The notes beneath the pieces are model-generated. The model was not told the DNA's origin. It was given only the letters and a program-made list of their open reading frames with translations, and made no database searches. A stretch of DNA of 64,000 nucleotides from assembly GCA_951406725.2 (NCBI GenBank), contig OX597826.1, positions 66,836,001 through 66,900,000 on the forward strand. Direction: 5' to 3'. The DNA comes from Octopus vulgaris. Its lineage: Eukaryota. Positions 55,950 through 64,000 of this stretch are shown in pieces; the first letter of the stretch is position 1, and each line of letters opens with the position of its first letter. Both the position numbers and the translations under genes were made by a program.

Positions 55950-56195
55950 ATATGTATGTATGTATGTATGTGTGTGTATATGTTTGTGTACCTGTGTTTG
56001 TACTCCCACCATCGCTTGACAACCGATGTTGGTGTGTTTACGACCCCCTAACAAGCGGTTCAGCAAAAGAGACCGATAGAATAAGCAGTAGGCTTACAAA
56101 GAATAGGTCTTGGGGTCGATTTGTTCGACTAAGAGGCGGTTCTCCAGTATGGCTGCAGGCAAATGGCTGAAACAAATAAAAGAGTAGAAGCGTAA
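55754..56195 (+). mobile_element. SINE family B
   Basis: Similarity to 5546-5990. Confidence 0.8.
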
Positions 56196-56882
56196 GAGAA
56201 TATATATATACACACACACACAAATGCATGTGCACAAATACAAATGTATACACATATATATATATATGTGTGGGTGTTTGTATGTATATGATTCACATAA
56301 TCATGTACATGTATGTGTCTCTGCATGTATGTGTAATATACTCAATAAGGTAGAAATTATTACTGTATTGTTATTGATTGCTTATTTTTATGCAGACGAC
56401 CGCTTTTGAATCTCTTCTTTTTTCCCCCCTCTTCTCATCCTCATCAATATACTTTTGTTGAGTCGAGTTTAAAGTTCAAATTGAAATTTATAAAAACATT
56501 TGGAGAGATTTTCTTTACTTCGAATGAATACATACGTGACTTAATTGAAAGGCAAAAAGAAAAAAAAAAGTCTTGTAATTATGTATCGAACAGAGGAGTC
56601 TCATAAGAATTATTTCCTTTTATGTGTGTTTACGTGTGAGTTTTATAGTGAGAGAGTTAAATAATATATATTATAAAGAATAAAGAGAATAGTTTAGGTG
56701 GGCGATTTGGACTTTGTTCTCGTATCTTTAGTTCTTAGCTAGGCTGAATCTATTAATTCTTCGCTCGGTTCTTCAATAGAGAAATCCATTATTTTCGCTG
56801 GCGAAGTTCTTTAATATAACCTATACTGGTCAATACAATATATAATATAACTTATATACATACATTCACACACAGACACACA

Positions 56883-56935
<53 letters not shown>

Positions 56936-56959
56936 GTATATATTTATATATATATGAAA

Positions 56960-57413
56960 TAACTACAACTTGGTGTATAGTGGTACCTATTGTATTGTTA
57001 CTCATTGCTGGACACTGCACGGCTACAGTTCGATAAGCTTGTGGGCTGTTACAGGAAAGGAAATATTTCCCCTCTTGTCAAACTCCTACTTTACGCAATA
57101 TTACGGACTGCTATTCAATTTAAGGGTTATAGAATAAAATCTCCCCTCCTCTCTCTCTCTCTTCGTCCTTTACTTTCTGATCTCTCTCCCTATTTCTCTC
57201 CCTGACGGTTTTCCTTCATTCTCTTCTTGTCTTTCTATGCTACATCATTCTTTAATCTGATAAATAACCTAACACCACGGTATAGATTGTTAATAGATTT
57301 AGAGTTATTATTGCCCAGGAAAGGCCACAAACTTATCGAACCGTAGCGTTTGTAATCGCCCATAATGACCAGCGGTACAATACTTCTGGTTTATACCAAC
57401 CAAGCTATAGTTA
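56960..57413. mobile_element. Degenerate TIR element (arms about 95 bp)
   Basis: TAACTACAACTTGGT..GCTACAGTTCGATAAGCTTGTGG is mirrored by CCACAAACTTATCGAACCGTAGC..ACCAAGCTATAGTTA. Confidence 0.6.
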
Positions 57414-57434
57414 CTTTCCCTCACATAAGTATAT

Positions 57435-57472
<38 letters not shown>

Positions 57473-57514
57473 GTAATAGTAATAGTAATAATAATAATAA
57501 TAATAATAATAGTA

Positions 57515-57568
<54 letters not shown>

Positions 57569-57571
57569 GTA

Positions 57572-57638
<67 letters not shown>

Positions 57639-58021
57639 TGATGGCATGAACTGCTCTCTCACTCAATAATAATAATAGTAATAATACTAATATATACTGA
57701 CCAACTGTTTATATTAAAGAATTTCACCATAGTAAAAAGGAGAAAAATGTATTTTACGAATGGAAGCCTACTTTCTTCCTTTCTCATACAAACACGCACG
57801 CATGCACACTCACACACACACGCACATACACATGCAGGAGTATTTATTTTGTACAGAGACATCGTGTTCCTTCCACTATATTTAGATGGTTTACTGAACA
57901 CCTATTACACAACACAAACGTATTTAATTGCATATATATATACGCGTGTGTAAATGTCTACATGAGTGTATTGGTGTACCCATACATACATATACATGTG
58001 TGTGTATTTGTTTATATATAA

Positions 58022-58065
<44 letters not shown>

Positions 58066-58104
58066 GTATATATATGTATACATAGATATATACATACAGG
58101 CATG

Positions 58105-58370
58105 TAACTGGAGCCTGTACCGGTGGAACGTAAAGAGCACTATTTGAGCGTTGGGCCTCACGGGAGCAATGTGGCCGATGCCGGTGTCACGTAACTGGCA
58201 CCTGTGCCGGTGGCAGGTAAAAACACCCATTACGCTGTCGAAGTGGTTGGCGTTAGGAAGGGCATCCAGGCTTAGAAACCCTGCCAAATCAGCCCCTCAG
58301 CTTACCAGCCCTGGTCAACCTGTCCAACATATGCCAGCATAGACAACAGACGTTAAATGATGATGATGAT
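58105..58370 (+). mobile_element. 3' part of a SINE with an RTE-like tail
   Basis: GGTTGGCGTTAGGAAGGGCATCCAG..ATGCCAGCAT..GACGTTAAA followed by (TGA)n. Confidence 0.6.
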
Positions 58371-58407
58371 ACATACATACACACACACATATATACACAC
58401 ACATATA

Positions 58408-58469
<62 letters not shown>

Positions 58470-58580
58470 CCTGCTCGCTTAGCCAGCGGAGTGGCGTCAT
58501 TCGAAGGCTAAAACAATGCGAACGCATTGTGACCTGCGATGTGTAACAACATCTGATGGTCTGGTCGGTCACGTGATCAT

Positions 58581-58625
<45 letters not shown>

Positions 58626-59178
58626 GGAAAAATTCCCAGTGATTTCGAAGTTATAATTTTTTTTACTTTTGAGATGGCAAGTAAACAGAAAAACTGAAAT
58701 TACTTGCAACTTTTCCGTTGTAAAGATATTGTACTCTAGTACTCTAGTGAAAATATTAAGTGACCTTCAATTTAATGTTTATATGTTTTTTTTTTAAATA
58801 GCTTATATAGACATTAACATAGCCATGCATTTACCATACTTAATGTAAATACCAGTACATCGCGAGAAAGCAAATCTCATGCGATATTGGCCCAGAGATA
58901 ATATCTATTATGGACGTGCTGTGTTTAAAAACGCATATATGTCAGTAGCAGAACAAATTTGTCCAACAGCGGCGGTGAGAGGGAAAGGTTGAAATTTCTT
59001 CCTGCCTGTAGCAGTATTAGAGATGTGTAATAATGTACAGACTTACATTATAGCTTTTCTGTCTATGGTTAAGAATCGATTGGATGCTAAGACAAAATCT
59101 CTTGCAGCTGATATAAGAGAATAATGATTTATCAATCACTGATTAACAATTAGCCTTCCGGCTAAATAATACCCGATT

Positions 59179-59234
<56 letters not shown>

Positions 59235-59235
<1 letters not shown>

Positions 59236-59423
59236 TGTTGTGTCTGGGGAGAGTCATTTTCTTTTTGTGCCTTATAATGTAACACACTCACCGGTAAAAT
59301 TTCCACTTATTTTTATTTTCCTAAAATTTTCAAAATAAAGTTAAGAAATAAGTGGAAATTTTCCCGGTAAGTGTGTTACATCATAAGGCACAAAAAGAAA
59401 ATGACTCTCACCAGATACAACAG
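59235..59423. mobile_element. Foldback/MITE, near-perfect inverted arms of about 78 bp
   Basis: 59235-59312 is the reverse complement of 59346-59423 with few mismatches; abuts (TA)n. Confidence 0.8.
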
Positions 59424-59984
59424 AATATGCTTCAACACACGAACTCATATAAAGAATCTTGCAAACCAAATTCAAAAACTAAATATATATATATATAATA
59501 TAAATAATATATATATGTGTATATATTATGGGCGTAGGAGTGGCTGTGTGGTAAGTAGCTTGCTTACGAACCACATGGTTTCGGGTTCAGTTAATAGGGG
59601 CTATACTTGAACTTAGATGATGGAAATTAATTTTAAGAGTCGTATCTGATGTGAGCTTACTCCCTAGTATTATCTATAATAAAATCATGTGATATTGAGT
59701 TATATGATGAATTAAAGTGCATTGCATACGTTATAAGCTATATGGTGTTGTATTTGGCATGCTACATGTAGTTACTATCCCATGAATAATCCTGCCTAAT
59801 TAGTCTGATCTGAATTCATCGTGTTTTTGGTGATTAAGCTATTTGGTCCTTTCTATCATGTTCTACCCTACTGGTCATTTTATGTATTTTTTAATGGCTT
59901 TTATGTAAGTAAGCTTCCTAATTATATACCCCTGAGAAACTACAAAATCATGTGTGTAATAGCAAAGGTAACTTTAATATAAAA

Positions 59985-60235
59985 TAAATGCGCCCTTTTA
60001 AAGCCTACCCAGGCTCGTGGGCCCGGTTTCCCGGTTTCTATGGCGTATGTGTTCCCCAGCTGGACGGGACGCCAGTCCATCGCAGCGTTACTCATTTTTG
60101 CCAGCTGAGTGTACTGGAGCAACGTGAAATGAAGTGCTTTGCTCAAGAACACAACGCATCGCCCGGTCCAGGAAAAAAGCCACAATCTAACGATCATGAT
60201 GCTGACACCCTAACCACTAAGCCACGCGCCTTCAC
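59985..60235 (-). mobile_element. SINE, head D + tail Y
   Basis: Reverse complement of 17141-17395. Confidence 0.8.
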
Positions 60236-61658
60236 TAAAAGTAACTTAAATACCCACCCCTTCGGTCTGAATACCTCCTACTGTCCTGACTACTCCCATA
60301 CCTATTGTTTCTTCTGTGAGGTTATGTTTATCTCTCTCTTTCTTCAAATTTTAATACTCTGTCTCTTTAAAACGTATATTTTCTTACTATTCTCTATAAT
60401 TTCCTATTATTTTGTTTTCTTATTTTTTATAGCTTTACCTATTAACCTCTTATCCTTTACAAGTTCTTACTGTTCTTAAATAGAGATATAAACTTTCTAA
60501 TTACTTAAGTCTATGAGAGCTGATTATAATAAATCCATAATAAAGTATAAATATTTCTGTATATTTGCATGTGTGCACATAGTTAAATATGTGTGTGTAT
60601 CTGTTCACAACATATTTTTTCCTCATTTTTTCTTCTGATTCTTAGCTTATAATTAATATATAGATAGCATGATTTATCGCCCCAGTATTCTATAAGTAAA
60701 TACCCAGAGCAGTTTTTATAGAAACCATCCAATAAGTAAATAATTAAGTAAATGAATGAATATTAAACTAATTCCATGTAATCTTCCTTTTCTAATGCTG
60801 AAAATTGGTATATATACACATTTTGTCTATTTTGGTTATAATATCATTTTTAATAATCTTAAATTTTATTTTTATACACCATAACAATATTGTTTATAAA
60901 CAATCGCCCATAGTACCACATGATAATTTCCTCTGTATTGACATCATAAGTTTGTTAGCGTCTCGCCCCTTTAACTGGTAATTAACATCTTGATTTGGGG
61001 TCTTCCCTTACCCAGCCTCCTTTATAGACTGTTACTTTATACTACACCTAAAAATCTTGACAATATTTATGACCATACCCAGCTATGTGCTGTCAATTCA
61101 TTCCTGCCCTCCGTTCTAAACAGACACAAACGTCTAGGTCTTTGATTTAGTAGTTCACAAAAAGACTAATAAATTAAAAATGAACCATAATCCTTTACAA
61201 GCTGTGACCCCAACAAACTTCATACAGTTCTTAGAAGTGTATTATATTCTTAGCTACATTAGTGGCAATATGGACTCTAACCCTAACCCCTAGCTCTATT
61301 AGAGCATTTGAGCTAAGCTATATATTAATGTGTCTAGCTGATTAAAAATTCTGTTTAATCATTTATGTAGCTGAGGGTAGCCCTGCATTTAAATTTATGT
61401 AATGATTGCATTGTTCAATTAAATGGAGCCGCTTGAAACGGTCATACTGCATCACCGCTTGATATCATGTTGTTTATTTTGATTATATATATATGGGTAC
61501 AGGACGCCACCAACAGTAAACAGCATAAAATACGAAAACAAATGAGCTAAATACGCAAACAACGAGAGAAAAACATGGAAAACAAGACAAGTAATACAAA
61601 GAATACAAAGGACGAGCCTTCATCAGTTGTCGGCTGTCTATGTACTCCCCATTTCGCG

Positions 61659-61691
<33 letters not shown>

Positions 61692-62362
61692 TATATATAC
61701 GCTTATACACAGGAAAAACATTTGAAATACACTATATTTATAAACATACAACAAAGTGATTACCGGGCAGATTTCTATATTTCCGTAAAAAAACAAACAA
61801 AACGAAAACAAAAACAAAAACGAAAAACGAACCAACAACAAAAAATTAACAAAAAATATCAAACAAAAATATTGAATCTGTCTGACTAGTTTCTTCACTT
61901 TTAATATCTTTACTAGAGAAAGAATACCTAATTTCTGTCAGCGGAAATCACAAATTACTCGAAACCATTTACAATCTATGCAAACCTGGACAGAACGTAA
62001 CTGGTCTGTCGATTTGTATCCTACGTTTTCTGTTCCCAATTGATAAAAAATCCTTAATTCATCGTACCACACAGTGGTGCACTTCCATAACACTCCACCC
62101 CATTCCATTTAACTACACTACGTTGCACTTACAACACTACCGCTCTTACTGCACTGTGCCATACTTTCTAATTACTTAAATCTATGAGAGCTGATTATAA
62201 TAAATCCATAATAAAGTATAAATATTTCTGTATATTTGCATGTGTGCACATAGTTAAATATGTGTGTATCTATTCACAACTTATTCATCGTACTTATTCA
62301 TGGCACTTATTTGTTTTCGCATTTCATGTTGTTTATTGTTGGTGACATCCTGTCCCCATATA

Positions 62363-62402
<40 letters not shown>

Positions 62403-62826
62403 TGATTGATTGATTCTAGTTTCAGCTTATGAGCTGTGGCCATGCTGGGGATATATATATATATATATATATATTCATCTGTCCCTCTTTTCCTCATTCT
62501 TCTCCTCACACGTGGCTGACTGACCGATTGCTTGCTGGCCTTTCGTGCTTAGCTGTCGTCACGGCAAGACACATTTCTTTTCTCTCTGCCCTAAGGCATT
62601 TTTCTAACACGCCAGCTCAAAGTTTACTCGTCCTGTCGAAAGACGCCTGTCTGTGACGTCCTGTTTTTGTTATTATTATTATCATTATTGTTTTTACGTA
62701 TTTTTGTATTCTTATTCGTGTAACATCGTCCGTTTTTCCTTCCTTGTTTTGTATATATTCGAGGCTATCTTCCAAGGAATCTAATACACTTGGCTTAGGT
62801 TTTCCTTTGGGGCTGGTCAGATCGGA

Positions 62827-62892
62827 GCAATCTCAAGATTAATCAGCCGAAATTGCGAGAATGATCCGGTTCTTGACTGAAGATTGAAGGCT
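62827..62892 (+). ncRNA. Candidate non-circularly permuted hammerhead ribozyme (copy 2), in a microsatellite-flanked element at about 62474-62965
   Basis: GCAA-UC-UCAAGA-uuaauc-AGCC-GAAA-UUGC-14 nt-UCUUGA-CUGAAGA-uugaa-GGCU. Confidence 0.55.
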
Positions 62893-62963
62893 TCGAATGT
62901 CCCGCCCGTGTTATTTGTATCGTCTTCTAAATATTTTGCGTTCTTGTCCCAGTTTGTATTTTT

Positions 62964-63018
<55 letters not shown>

Positions 63019-64000
63019 TATTTATATTATTATTTAATTGAACGCCACGCATCCAGTTCAAAGTAAGTTTATATATGTGTGTGTAAATGTGTGTTTGTGT
63101 GTGTGTGTTTGTGTGTGTATGTGTGTGTGTACTAACCTATATTATTACACCTCTTTATTACTCTACGTTACATTATATCACCACCGCTTTTTTACAGTAT
63201 ATCACACCACATTGTACCACGCACAGAGTTCTATAATACACAATCATCTCATCAGGCTATACGTCGATATCGGTTTTGGCTATTCATTTATATAGATCAT
63301 ATTATCAAAAGCAGATGGTTTACCTACACAGGTTTTTATCAATGGCTGCCATGAACCACCTGTGTTTATTAATATTCAGTTTAATCCCATCCTTCTAGGT
63401 TGCACAACCTATTTTTCTATATTACTTGCTATGATTATAGTATTCGTCGCGATAACCAACTTTCTTCCGCTCTTTGGATATGGGTGCCCACGTTTTACAA
63501 TCTATGTAGAAATGCCTTATATATTTTTCAAGGTAATCCAACAAAAACATTTACAAATAATCCAGAGAAACACACTACTTTGGAGTAACACTTATAACAA
63601 CAACAACGATAAAAGGAATCCGCACAGAATATATTTAAAAAATGTTACATAAACTCACACACACATAAGAAAGTGAAAAAAGCCTTTGTAAGCCTGATAC
63701 AAAATGTATAAAAATTCTGAAATACGACATTAATGGCATTAAAAACACCGTTATGGAGCTAAAAGATTTTTTATCATCACTCGGTATTCATGCAGCAGTA
63801 ATTCAGGAAACATTCCTACTACCAGAACATTTAGCAGCTACTAATCCAAATTATACTGATAGCAGCACTAGACAGACCGTTTTATAACGGAGGTGGTCTG
63901 ATAACACACACACATATATCCTCCACACACATGCACACATACACACACATATATGTGCATATACACATATATATACACACATATAAAGTCACATTTAATA

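Noticed and set aside
59700-59780. IAYVMSYM resembling mitochondrial ND4 IAYSSVSHM
   Set aside because: A single weak motif; flanking motifs do not match.

Overview
AT-rich, repeat-saturated eukaryotic intronic/intergenic DNA, most likely from an octopus (coleoid cephalopod); this is inferred from the tRNA-derived SINE families and the extreme microsatellite density. No intact protein-coding gene is supported, and nearly all tracked ORFs are microsatellite or SINE read-through. The window holds dozens of SINE copies (modular head/tail families), fossil RTE and R4/Dong LINEs, hAT, Tc1 and possibly piggyBac transposase remnants, MITEs, a non-autonomous Helitron, and an intronless LAMP-like pseudogene lying inside an RTE LINE. 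The most notable signal is a set of short non-coding elements sitting in (TA)n tracts that carry hammerhead ribozyme (HHR) motifs. Several are minimal type-I, Penelope-style HHRs (49-111, about 0.3-2.1 kb, 28189-28236, 45331-45376). A two-copy family (23822-23887 minus; 62827-62892 plus), with two truncated relatives, has the three HHR strands in a reversed, non-circularly permuted, pseudoknotted order. All calls were made by eye; interspersed-repeat boundaries are approximate.
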